From Malassezia furfur (Eukaryota), in assembly GCA_052055015.1 (NCBI GenBank), contig JBQJIT010000031.1: a DNA stretch of 49,739 nucleotides; one strand, given 5' to 3'. Positions 1 through 11,270 of the stretch are shown here, piece by piece; the first letter of the stretch is position 1, and every line of letters begins with the position of its first letter. Below the pieces are notes generated by a model. That model was not told the DNA's origin and ran no database searches. It saw only the letters and a program-made list of their open reading frames with translations. The position numbers and the translations under genes are program-made.

Positions 1-2973
1 ATCCGCGCCGGCTCGGCGCCGAGCGAGCCCGCAACGCCGACCCGCCCGCCGCCCGGCGACGTGCTGATGCGCACCAGCACGCCGGTCTCGCACGACACGC
101 CCGCTGCGCCGCCGTCCACCTCGTCGCCGCCGATGAGCCCCGAGATCAACGTGCTAAACCGCATGGCACGCGTCGACTCTGGCGGCAAGCTGTGGCTCGA
201 GCGGCGCTCGAGCGATGCCAAGCCCAAGAGCGAGGACTCGGCCGCGGCGGTGCACGACGACTCGGGCGTGTTTTGTGAGCAAGAGACGTCAGACTCGTCG
301 AGCATGCTTGGCTGGGGCCCGCGTGCGTTTGTGCGCACGGCGTCGGGCGCGACCGAGCATTTGAATGCGAGCATGAAAAGCATGAGTCTGCTTGACCGGA
401 TCATGCTGAGCAAGACGAGCCCACGGCGCATGCGGCGCGAGGCCAAGGCGCGTACGCACTCGGCGCTCGACACGGACGACGACGAGGAGAGCGCAGGCGA
501 CGTTGCGGCGCTGCGCCGCGCGCCCGCCGCCGAGGTCGGTGCCGACGTAAGCTCGACATCGCACTGGGCCGACGTGTCGGCCGACTCGACGGCGTCCGGC
601 GCCGAGGACGAGGTGCCCACGGCTACGGCATCACCTGGGCACGGTGCGGCACGCGCCGGGGGCATGCGGTGGCCGCCGGCGGTGTCAACGCCGCCGCGCG
701 TTGGCACCGAGACGGCAGCGGCAGCGGCCGAGCAGTACGACTTTGTCATCGAGGACATCTCGCCCGACAAGCCTGTGGCGCCCGCCGAATCGCCGATCCG
801 CTCACACGCGACGCCTGGCGCGTCTGCGACACCGCTCACCAAGCTCGATGTCAGTGCACAGATCACGCCCATGCGCTACTCGCCCGGCTACGCTATGGGC
901 TACTCACACGGGCGGTCGACGTCGATCACGTCTATGTTCTCGCCCAATATCCTCACGCCCTGGTCGCACCAAGGCCGGCTGATGAGCAACGCGGGGCTGA
1001 CCAACATCACTAGCTCGCCCAACCTGTCCGGCGAGTGGCTCAGCACCAGCACGATGCTGAACGTGCCGGGCAGTGCGTCGCGCAGCAACATGATCTATAC
1101 CTCGACGCCGCTCTCGCACGCGTTCGGCGACGAATCCTACGCGCACGCGCCCAATGCGTCGCCGAACCGCCTGCTGTACATCGAGTCGTTCCCCGGCAAG
1201 TCGCCGCAGCAGGCGCGCTCGGTGCTCGCCAACGACTCACCCACCAAGCCGCTCCGCGCACACGCCGCGGCGCCCCTGACCCCGCTCACCCACCGCGCGC
1301 CCCGCGGCGCGACACGCGAGAGCCCGCGTGCACACACGCCGGGCACAGCGTCGGCGGCGCGCCTCGACCTGGCGCGGCGCATCGCGCCGATGTACGATGC
1401 GCCGGCGCCGATGTCCACCGCGTGGGACAAGGTGCCGTTCCGTCGCACCGATACCATCCGGCCCGCAGACCTCTTCCATCCTGCGGCGACGTCGGCGTGG
1501 ACGCTGGCGCCAGACGCCTCGCCCGTGGACACGGACGAGGAGGCGACCACTAGCAGCGCGCGGCGCGACGGCGAGGACAAGGCGCACGCGGCCCGTGCGC
1601 GCGCCGCGCGGCGGCAGGCGCCAATGCAGCGCTCCACGTCGGCGGTCGCGGCGATGACGCCAATGCACGGCGACGATGTGTTTGCGCATTCCGCGCCGTC
1701 CGGCGACGGGCCCTCCGCGTCGTCCGCACTGCACGATGTGTTTGCTGAGCCGCTCACCTCGACGGACGCGCACCGCACGGAGTGGGACCGCCCGGACGGG
1801 AGCCGCGTGGTGAAGCTCGTCTCCGAGGAGCTGCAGGCGGCCATTGACTCGGGCACGCTGCAGACCGAGCCCAAGCCGCGCTTCTTCCGCCTGCCACCCG
1901 GGCACGGGAGCAGCAAGGCGAAGCCCGCGTCGGTGTCGTACGCGGGCCTCATCGGGCAGGCGATCCTCTCTTCGTCGGATGGGCGGCTGAGCCTCGCAGA
2001 GATCTACCAGTGGATCAGCAGCATGTATCCCTACTACGAGCGCGGCGACCGCGGCTGGCAAAACAGCATCCGGCACAACCTGTCGCTCAACAAGAGCTTT
2101 GTCAAGCTTGAGCGCGAGTCAAGCATTCCGGGCAAGGGCGGCTGGTGGGCCATCCTGCCCGGCCACGAGTCGCGCTTCCAGAACGGCATGTACCAGCCAA
2201 ACGCGGCGCGCACGGATGCGACGGCTGCCCAGCCTGCTGCGCGCACACTGAAGCCGTCGCACTCGGCGCCCGCGCACGCACTGCGCTCACCCATGCGCGA
2301 GGGCGGCAAGAAACGGCACGGTGCGCTGCAGGCGTCGCCCGAGCCGAGCGACGAGTCTTTGTCGGACGTGTCATTCAAGCGGCCTAAAACGGCACGCGCG
2401 GGGCGCGCCAGCATACACACGCCCATGCGCCTCGACGCCCCGCAAAACTCCTCGAGCGGCACGGGGCACAACCACCTTCCCGTGCTCACCGACACCACCT
2501 CCTCGCCGGCGACGAGCCCGCTGCAGAGTTTGTCGCACGACGCACACGCGCACGTGCCCTCTGTGCCGCGGACGTGGCGCACGGAGCTCGGGGCGTATGC
2601 GCCCAGCACGGCGGACCGCTCGCCGCACAAGTCGACAGGCATGGCACCGCCGCCCAACGCCGCTGCTTATGCTCGCTCGGTGCCCGACATGCCCGAGTTT
2701 CCTACCAACCCCATGTACTTCCATCCCGAGCCTCCGCGCGCCTTCCCGCCCTCGTTCTCCCCTTCGCGGCGCGCGCCCATGCACCTGATGCCCATGTCCC
2801 AGGCCCCGATGCCGGGCATGCACACCTATCCGCACACGGCCTATGTCGCCTGTACGTATCCACCGGCGCCGGACGCCGCCTTTTTGCCGTGGCCCGACAG
2901 TCACGGCGGGGACGCAGGCCTCCATCCCGGCGCCGCAAGCCCCTCGCGTCTCGGCTGGCCACACGCGCCCTAA
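1..2973 (+). CDS. Forkhead (winged-helix) transcription factor, probably 5'-truncated by the window edge
   Basis: Frame is open from base 1. Forkhead domain at ~1921-2170 (KPASVSYAGLIGQAI...LSLAEIYQWI...YPYY...GWQNSIRHNLSLNKSFVK...GKGGWW), flanked by Ser/Pro-rich low-complexity sequence with many SP/TP sites. Confidence 0.9.
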   Translation: MRAGSAPSEPATPTRPPPGDVLMRTSTPVSHDTPAAPPSTSSPPMSPEINVLNRMARVDSGGKLWLERRSSDAKPKSEDSAAAVHDDSGVFCEQETSDSSSMLGWGPRAFVRTASGATEHLNASMKSMSLLDRIMLSKTSPRRMRREAKARTHSALDTDDDEESAGDVAALRRAPAAEVGADVSSTSHWADVSADSTASGAEDEVPTATASPGHGAARAGGMRWPPAVSTPPRVGTETAAAAAEQYDFVIEDISPDKPVAPAESPIRSHATPGASATPLTKLDVSAQITPMRYSPGYAMGYSHGRSTSITSMFSPNILTPWSHQGRLMSNAGLTNITSSPNLSGEWLSTSTMLNVPGSASRSNMIYTSTPLSHAFGDESYAHAPNASPNRLLYIESFPGKSPQQARSVLANDSPTKPLRAHAAAPLTPLTHRAPRGATRESPRAHTPGTASAARLDLARRIAPMYDAPAPMSTAWDKVPFRRTDTIRPADLFHPAATSAWTLAPDASPVDTDEEATTSSARRDGEDKAHAARARAARRQAPMQRSTSAVAAMTPMHGDDVFAHSAPSGDGPSASSALHDVFAEPLTSTDAHRTEWDRPDGSRVVKLVSEELQAAIDSGTLQTEPKPRFFRLPPGHGSSKAKPASVSYAGLIGQAILSSSDGRLSLAEIYQWISSMYPYYERGDRGWQNSIRHNLSLNKSFVKLERESSIPGKGGWWAILPGHESRFQNGMYQPNAARTDATAAQPAARTLKPSHSAPAHALRSPMREGGKKRHGALQASPEPSDESLSDVSFKRPKTARAGRASIHTPMRLDAPQNSSSGTGHNHLPVLTDTTSSPATSPLQSLSHDAHAHVPSVPRTWRTELGAYAPSTADRSPHKSTGMAPPPNAAAYARSVPDMPEFPTNPMYFHPEPPRAFPPSFSPSRRAPMHLMPMSQAPMPGMHTYPHTAYVACTYPPAPDAAFLPWPDSHGGDAGLHPGAASPSRLGWPHAP

Positions 2974-3104
2974 TTCGCCGCCAGCGCGCTTGTTGTTTGT
3001 TTCGATAGTGCCCCTGTACTTTACTGGCCCGTGCATATCCGCCACGATCCGAGCGCGCGCGCCACGTGCAGCGATAAGCCGCCAGACGCCGTGCTTCGTA
3101 CACC

Positions 3105-4466
3105 ATGTCCTCTGATCTCGCAGCCTACGGCAAAGCACACGTCTCGACCGGTATCGGGCGCCAGACCGACTTTGTGTTCGAAGAGGGGCACGGCAGCTAT
3201 GTCACCACCGCAGACGGAAAGCGCCTGCTCGACCTGTCCTCGTACGTTGTGCATCCCGACTCACCTTCAGCGGTATCGGCGTCGTGAACGTCGGCCACTG
3301 CCACCCTACTGTGGCCAAGGCGGCCCAAGAACAGTGCGCCAAGATCACGCATGCCCAGGTGAACATCGCCTTCAGCGGGCCGCAGCTGCGTCTGTTGCAG
3401 GATCTCGAGGGGATTATGCCCTCCAAGGAACTCGACACCTTCTTCCTCGCCAACTCGGGCTCCGAAGCGATCGAGGGCGCCGTGCGCATCGCGCGGCACT
3501 CAACCAAGCGCCAAAATATCATCGTCGTGCAGGGTACGCATTTGCACCAAGCTCACACCGCCAGGCTCCTACCACGGGCGTACCGCCGGTGCTGCATCTA
3601 TGACGCGCTCCAAAACGGCATACAGCGCCGGCGTCGGGCCACTGATGCCGTGCGTGTACACCTCGCCCTTCCCGTACTATTCCCAGCTGCTTCTACAGCC
3701 GGATGCATCGGAAGACGAGATGGTCGACTACTGCCTCAAGCGTCTGCGCATGCTTCTCGACCAGGAGACAGCGCCGCGCGACACGGCTGCCATTTTCCTT
3801 GAACCGGTGCTAGGCGAGGGCGGGTACGTCCCCGCGCCTCCGGCGTTCATCCGCGGCATCCGCGACATTTGTGACGAGCATGGTATCGTGTTTGTCGCCG
3901 ACGAGATCCAAAGCGGGTTCGGACGCACTGGCAAGATGTTCGCGATGGAGTACTCGGGCGTTGTGCCAGACCTGATGACCATCGCCAAGGGCATTGCCAA
4001 CGGGTTCCCACTCAGCGCCGTTGTCGGCAAGAAAAAGTTTATGGATGCCATGCCGCCCGCCTCGCTCGGTGGCACCTACACGGGCAACGCGGTGGCATGC
4101 GCAGCAGCACAGGCCGTCCTTCGCGTGTTTCGCGAAGAAAAGGTGCTCGACAACGTCGCAGCACGCAGCAAGCAACTCTTTGATGGGCTTGCGGCTATCC
4201 GCCAAAAGCCGCACGGCAAGCTCATTGAGGATGTGCGAGGCCAGGGTTTAATGATCGCGGTTCAATTTACGTCCCCGACGAAGGAGCAGGTGCGAGGGCG
4301 CGTCGTCAAGGGGTGCACGGAACGCAACATGATTCTGCTTTCGACGAGCATCTTTGATGTGGTGCGCATCATTCCGCCGCTCACCATCTCCGAGCAGGAG
4401 ATGGATGATGCGATCCGTATCCTCGACGAGAGTATCGCAGATGCAGCGAAGCAGCTCGCGGCCTAG
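3105..4466 (+). CDS. Class III PLP aminotransferase, 4-aminobutyrate aminotransferase (GabT)-like, ~433 aa; introns 3242-3270 (29 nt), 3534-3564 (31 nt)
   Basis: Splicing restores LDLSSGIGVVNVGHCHP and QGSYHGRT. Also present: NSGSEAIE, EPVLGEGG, DEIQSGFGRTG, AKGIANGFPLS (PLP lysine) and GGTYTGN. Confidence 0.85.
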
Positions 4467-4676
4467 TGTGCGGCATCGCTTTCCGTAGATCGGACCCCTC
4501 CGCTCCCCCACACGCGCGCGTTCCCTGGCCCGATGCACGCCCGATACAGGGCCGGCGTGCATGACAGGGCGGTGGTGGATTGGCTGTGTAAACTCTACCA
4601 CTAAAAAGCCACGAGCGGAGCGCGTGCGCTTGCGGTCTTCTGCCGTCTCTATCTTTGTGCCCGCTGGCCCCGCGCG

Positions 4677-5499
4677 ATGGTGGGTTTGTGGCAGGTACCG
4701 TTGCTTTTCCTGACCGTACTGGCGGCCAGTGCGAGCTCTAAGGACCTCGCCAGCTCACAGGCGGCACCCGCTGCAGGCGTCTTGCAGCAGGTACCGCGTG
4801 CTGGTACGTCTCGCATCTTCTCACCCAGCACCGTCGGCTTCCGAGTCTCTTTCCCAGAAGTCGCGCCCGACGCACACGCTTGAGCGGCGCGTGACTCGAT
4901 CTGCGGAGCTGTCCACTATGTCACCTGTGGGTGTGTATGTTCCCGAAGTGTACGGCGTCAGGAACGCAGGCGACCGGGACGACACGTCGATTTACTACTA
5001 TGGCAGCGGTTTCCGCCCCGAAACCTCCGTCTTTTTGCTCGTGACCGGCTCTCCCGGCGTGGGTGATGGGCCACAGACCACTTACCTATACGAAGGGCCA
5101 TCCGAAGCGTACCTTGCCAATGTGCTCCGCACAGCCGATCTCCACGATGGCAACGGCACCATCACGGGTCGCTTCAACGTTGACTGCATGTACCCGAAAG
5201 GGTTTGGTAGTGGAGGATGGTGCAAGATTGGACGGATGACTACACAGGGCACGACGATGGTGTCGACCTACAACTCGACGATGCGCCCACAGAGCACCAT
5301 GACGCCCGTCTTGGGTCTGGTGGACCAGATGCGGCAGTCGACCGCCACGGGCATCCGCGAAGTGCACTTCCCTAAGACTCAGAGCAATGCGGACAACGCG
5401 GCATACCGCGCGGCGCCTCTCGCGATCGCCACAAGTCCGATGCTTGCAGCCTTATGGACGGCGCCCCTGGCGCTGCTCGTGGCACTGCTTTGCTTGTGA
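4677..5499 (+). CDS. Secreted, probably GPI-anchored protein of unknown function, ~265 aa; intron 4804-4828 (25 nt)
   Basis: Signal-peptide-like start MVGLWQVPLLFLTVLAASASS. The intron GTACGT...CTCACCCAG joins it in frame to the 4729 ORF. Dibasic LERR site, two Cys, Thr/Ser-rich stalk and a hydrophobic C-terminus (LAALWTAPLALLVALLCL). Confidence 0.7.
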
Positions 5500-5556
5500 A
5501 ATCAATATACCAGCCACACTAGGTGCGAAGAGATAGATGGAAATTGAATTGGAATT

Positions 5557-8500
5557 CTATGCGGCAATCTCACACATCAGGTCGCCTTGCACCAACGAGT
5601 CGTTCTCGCCTGCGGTCACGCGCTTAATCTTGCCCGCGATCGGCGCCGAGACGACCGTCTCCATCTTCATCGCGCTCATGACAAACAGCGGGTCGCCCTT
5701 GTTCACCGACTCGCCCTCCTTAGCGCGCACTTCCACCACAACACCCGCGAGGGGCGAGCCCACGCTGCCGGGCTCGCTGCTTGCCTTCTCGCGGGTGACC
5801 GTCTTGACGTCGGCGCTCTTGTCCTTGACTTCCACGGTACGCGGCTCGCCGTTCAGCTCAAAGAACACTTCACGGATGCCCGTTTCCTCGTTGAGCGGAC
5901 CAATGGCGAGCAGCTTGATGATGAGCATCTTGCCGTTCTGCAGAGTGACGTGCATCTCCTTGTTGAACTGCGGCTTGCCCAGGAAGTCGCGCGTTGCTAC
6001 GCGGCTCAGGTCGCCATACTCGTTGATGAACTGCTGGAACTCCTCAAAGACCTTGGGGTACATGGCCCAGCTCACCGCGTCACACTCCGACATGGGCCGC
6101 TTAAACTTCTGCTCGAGGTCCTTGCGGATCTTGGCGAAGTCGAGCGGCTCGAGCTGCGAGCCGCGGCGGCCGTCGATGCGCTCCTTGTTGCGGATGATCT
6201 TGCTGCGCAGCGGCTCGGGGAAGCCGCCGGGCGGGGTGCCGAGGTAGCCCTGGAAGTACTCTACCACGGACACGGGGAAGTCGAGGTCCTCGACACGTTC
6301 CTTGACGTCCTTCGCGCTGAGTTTGTTGGCGACCATAAATTGCGCCAAGTCTCCGACCACCTTGGACGAAGGTGTGACCTTGACAATGTCACCACACAAG
6401 TGGTTTGCCTCGATGTACGCATTCTTGATGTCATTCCATTGCGAGCCAAGCCCAAGCTGCTGCGACTGGAACATGAGGTTGGTGTACTGCCCACCGGGCA
6501 TCTCATGGTCAAACACGGACGAGTCGGACGACTTGACGTTCGCTTCGAAGCACTGGTACAGCGTGCGCACCTGCGCCCAATACAGATTCAGATTCATGAT
6601 GGCCTCGTGCGAGATGCCTGTGCCCAGTCCGGTCTGCTCCAGGGAGCTGACGATTGCGCCCATCGACGGCTGCGAGGTGAGACCCGACATAGAGTCGATC
6701 GCACAGTCCACCACGTCCGCGCCGGCTTCGGCGCAGGCGAGCATGCTCGCCACGGCAATGCCGGCGGTGTCGTGCGAGTGTACGTGGATCGGCAAGTCGG
6801 GGTATTTCTTGCGGATTGTGCCGACCAGCAAACGCGCCGCCTGCGGCTTGAGCAGCCCGGCCATGTCTTTGATGCCGAGGATGTGCAGGTCGCCCGTGCC
6901 GACCAGCTTGTCGACCAGCTCCATGTAGTAGTCGAGCGTGTACTTGGGGTGCCTCTTGGGGTTCGCGACGTCACCCGTGTAGCACACAGTGCCTTCGACG
7001 ACACCGCCGGCGACCTTGGCGGCGTTCATGCCGAGCTGCAGCGACTCAAAGTTGTTCAACGAGTCAAACACGCGGAAAATGTCCAGACCGTTTTCGACAG
7101 CGCGCTTGCTGAACTCGTAGATGGCATTGTCGGGGTACGATGTGTAGCCCACGGCGTTCGCACCACGAATCAGCGCCTGGAAGGGAATGTTGGGCACGTA
7201 CTTGCGCAGCGTACGCAGACGGTCCCACGGGTCTTCGTGCAGGAAGCGCATCGCCACGTCAAACGTCGCGCCACCCCAGCATTCGAGACTGAACGCGTTT
7301 TTCAGGGCATGGCTCGTCTCCTTGGCAATGTTCACCATGTCGACCGTGCGCAGGCGCGTCGCAAACAAGCTCTGGTGTGCATCACGCCAGGTTGTGTCCA
7401 TAATGAGGGTGCCTTTGTAAGCGCGCACCGCCTTGGCAAACGCCTCGGGGCCCTCCTTGACAATAATGTTGCGCCAGCCTTCCTGGGCAGGCACACTGGT
7501 GTCGATGGGATGACCAGCGTCGTCAAAGATGGTCGGAACCGGGATCTCTTCGTGGAGACCCGGCTCGCCGACCTGGCCTGCAATGGAACTACCGTTGATC
7601 AACAGGTCGCCGAGGTACGCCAGGACTTTCTGCGCGCGGTTCTGCGAGTGGATCAGGTCAAACAGCTCGGGCGTGTCGTCGATCATCGTCGTCCAGGTAC
7701 GCGCCTCGACAAAGTAAGGGTGCGTCAGCAGGTTGATCAAGTAGGGGATGTTGGTCTTCACGCCGCGGATGCGGAACTCAATGAGTGCACGGATCATGCG
7801 GCGGCGCGCGAGCTCGTACGTCGCACCACGGCACGTCACTTTGACCAGCAGCGAGTCGTAGTGCGGCGTGATCTGCGAGCCCACAAACGCCGAGCCCGCA
7901 TCCAAACGCACGCCCGTGCCACCAGCGGCGCGGTACACATCGATACGGCCCGTGTCCGGCTGGAAGTTGGCCTCTGGGTCCTCGGTAGTGATACGGCACT
8001 GGATCGCCGTGCCACGCGGAACAATCGTGTCCTGTGACAGTCCGAGGTCCTGCAGCGTGCGTCCGGCCGCAATCAGGATCTGCGACGCGACAATGTCCAC
8101 GCCGGTGATCTCCTCGGTGATGGTGTGCTCCACCTGCAGACGAGGGTTGATTTCGATAAAGTAGTGACGGTTCTGCTGGTCCACCAAAAACTCGGCAGTA
8201 CCAGCGTTTCGGTAGTTTGCTGTCTCGGCGAGACGCACTGCATCGGCCAAAATGGCCTGCCGCACGTCATCGGGAAGGTTGCTCGCTGGCGCGATCTCGA
8301 CCACTTTTTGGTGACGGCGCTGAACCGAGCAGTCGCGCTCGAACAGGTTGATACAGTGGTTGTCACCATCTGCAAGGAGCTGCACCTCAATGTGACGGGG
8401 GCGGTCCAGGAACCGCTCGATAAACACGGTCGGGTCACCAAATGCCGAGCGCGCTTCGGACACGGCACGCTCGAACGACTCACGGAAGTCCTCCATGCTA

Positions 8501-9166
8501 CGCACAACGCGCATGCCACGACCACCACCACCCATGGCGGCTTTGATGATCACGGGGAAGCCCACTTCCTTGATGAACGGCTCAGCGGCATCGTAGCTCG
8601 CAATCGGACCAGGCGTGCCGGGCACAATAGGGACCTGCGCATCACGCGCCAGGTCACGCGCCTTGGTCTTGTCTCCCAGAGAGTCAATCGTCTCGGGACG
8701 CGGGCCCACAAACGCAATCCCCGCCTGCTCGACCTTGCGCGCGAATTCGGGGTTCTCCGAAAGGAACCCGTAACCGGGATGAATCATATCGACCTTGTTT
8801 TCCTTCGCAATACGCACAATGTCATCCATGGCCAGATACGCAGCCACAGGCGACATGCCCTTGCCGACCTGGAATGCGTAATCGGCCTTGTACCGATGAG
8901 CCGACATGCGATCTTCATAGCTGTAGATTGCAACCGACTCCAGGCCGAGCTCATGCGCCGTACGGAAGATCCGGATAGCAATTTCCTAAGGGGTCAGTAT
9001 GCATTGCCATGCTTATACGTACACCACGGTTGGCGACCATCAGGCGGCGGAGAGGCACGCCGGACCGGCTGCGGAGACCATCCCGCACGGACTCCAAAGT
9101 ACGGAAGTCAAAGTCGGCAGTCGCCGCACCTTCATCCAAACTTTGTTCCGGTTTACTGCTTGCCAT
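5557..9166 (-). CDS. PYC1: Pyruvate carboxylase, ~1190 aa; intron 8986-9022 (37 nt)
   Basis: Splicing gives LMVANRG|EIAIRIFRTAHEL. Motifs: GGGGRGMR, ERDCSVQRRHQK, RDAHQS, WGGATFD, IKDMAG, HVHSHD and the biotinylation site AMKM. Confidence 0.97.
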
Positions 9167-9844
9167 CTTCGAGGACGAGAAACCTATACAGACCAGAGGG
9201 CAAAGGTCCTAGTCTCGCTAGCCAGGAGGGGGAGGACAAGCTATCGGGCTGGCCGCGATAAAAGTCCAAAGGGTCCTCTGGACCGCCGATTTCCCTGGCT
9301 CGTACACCGGTCCAAACGATTGGCGCGATCTCTCCAGCACTGCAGCACCGCGGACCGACGTGCAGCTGCTTTCAAAAAAAATCTCCACATAATGCCGAGC
9401 TGACACGGTGTCTCGCTAGACCACGCGCGGGCTTGGTACGTGCACGGTCCGGGTCCGATACGACCACGAACCAAGCATGCCAACACCCCATGCCACCAAG
9501 CACTAGCATTGCTGGCATTACACAAGACGCTCTCATTTGCCTAGGTTTCACGATTATCACCAACGTTCCAATATCATACAAATCGCTATTCTACAGATAA
9601 AAGCGTGATCAGAGCATGGTATAGGCACCCATAGCAGCTATACCTACACTCTGTTGGCGAAAGCCATCACAAGGAGAAAAATTGCTGAATCGTATAAAAC
9701 GAGTCAGACGATGTGGTTCGTTTTGTTTGCGATAAGCAAAAGTCTACGTCTCGGTAGGTACCTCAGTGACCGTAGAGCCTGTCCATGCAGAAAGATGAGG
9801 ATCCACGATGACGCACGCGCGCCCTATATACGTTTTGGGCGCGA

Positions 9845-9917
9845 TTTGCCACGTGGCAAACCCTTTGGCCGTTGTATCACGTGGTACGGTACAGCAAACT
9901 ATCCAGTCGTACACGTG
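9845..9917. promoter_or_regulatory. Three CACGTG boxes upstream of RPS18, the first within the perfect 16-bp palindrome TTTGCCACGTGGCAAA
   Basis: CACGTG at 9850, 9878 and 9912; palindrome 9845-9860; a TATATA at ~9825. Confidence 0.55.
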
Positions 9918-9989
9918 ACCTGTTCGCTGCCGCGCAGGAGGCAGGATTCCCATACGGCTCCGCCGCTTGCCTAATTCACCACCGTCACC

Positions 9990-10768
9990 ATGTCTCTCGT
10001 GCCGCCTGACCCTTCGCAGCAGTTTGCTCACATTCTTCGGTACGTACCGAACGCCTTCGTCATGTGTTGAATATGTGCTAACCGTTTAGTCTGCTCAACA
10101 CCAACGTTGACGGCAAGCGCAAGATCATGTACGCCCTGACCGAGATCAAGGGTGTGGGTCGCCGCTACTCGAACATCGTCTGCAAGAAGGCCGATGTCGA
10201 CCTGCAGAAGCGGTACGTCTTACTAGAAGCCTTGCAAAGAGCAGGGGGGTGCAGCAGTTTTGCTTTGCGATGTTTCGTGCGTTTGCCCGTACGACACAGG
10301 CATGACCTTAAAAATGGCGCTGGACACTGAAACGGGTAAACTTTGCCGCCTGAATGCCACGAAGTCAGCGCCGAGTTGCCTGGAGTTTGTCTCCTCGTCT
10401 AGCGTCACATTTGCATCCTCGTCGCCATCCCCTTGCTCGAAGCAGACTTGTCGAAAGAACCATACTAACATCTCAGTGCTGGTGAGCTGAACTCGGATGA
10501 GCTCGAGCGCATTGTCAACATCCTCCAGTCGCCTGCCGAGTTCAAGATCCCCAACTGGTTCCTTAACCGGCAGAAGGACTTCACCACCGGCAAGGACACT
10601 CAGCTGCTCTCGAACGGCGTTGAGGCCAAGCTGCGTGAGGATCTCGAGCGCATGAAGAAGATGCGCATCCACCGTGGTCTCCGTCACTACTGGAACCTCC
10701 GTGCTCGTGGCCAGCACACCCGTACGACGGGTCGCCGCGGTCGCACTGTGGCCAACAAGAAGAAGTAA
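9990..10768 (+). CDS. RPS18: 40S ribosomal protein S18 (uS13), 154 aa; introns 10040-10089 (50 nt), 10213-10476 (264 nt)
   Basis: Spliced product: MSLVPP...[49 protein letters not shown]...[11 protein letters not shown]...[27 protein letters not shown]. Both donors are GTACGT; branch points GCTAAC and TACTAAC. Confidence 0.97.
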
Positions 10769-11270
10769 ACGACTGTCGCTATTACAAAAGCCATGCATTT
10801 GCCGCTCATCGGCCCACAGAGACTCTTATACCGTGTGTGGGTGCGGCAAGGGAATATTGCTCGTCGAGTGGCTTGTGCAAAAAAATCAAAAGGCAGTGGT
10901 CCTTTTTCTCATTGTACTTGGGACACCCTTTTGCCATTTCGAGTAGTGTGCGGTGTATAGCCTGCCCACTACTATTGACGGGTGAAATGTATCCGATTCT
11001 CCTGGATGAATTAGGTCCGATAAGATCAAATTCGCCGCGCAGCCACACCAATTGCTCTGCTTGAAAAGGGCGGAGAAATGTGAACTGTGCACCAATAGGT
11101 TTAGTCAAACTTGCAGCCGGATTAAATGTCGGGGCTTGGACGTCCGCTGTTTTTCGGATCTTCTGGGCACTTGCACTTAACTCGCACGACCAACGGGGCT
11201 TTCTCTTCATTGTAGAAACTCCCAACTCCCAACTCACCACTCTTCGGTTTCATTCATATCAACCTGAATC

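Noticed and set aside
3242..3564. Fragmented ORFs suggesting pseudogenes or programmed frameshifts (here and in MRS4, MRPL15, VMA4, EXPERA, SIW14)
   Set aside because: Every break coincides with a GT-branch-AG micro-intron whose removal gives a protein of normal length.
5587..8037. 816-aa plus-strand ORF antisense to pyruvate carboxylase
   Set aside because: Codon-aligned antisense shadow of a GC3-rich conserved gene; no recognisable motifs.
10880..10896. GCCTTTTG plus ATTTTTTTG on the minus strand, resembling U5 loop 1 and an Sm site
   Set aside because: It lacks the invariant GCCUUUUAC loop, and the sequence sits in a stem rather than a loop.
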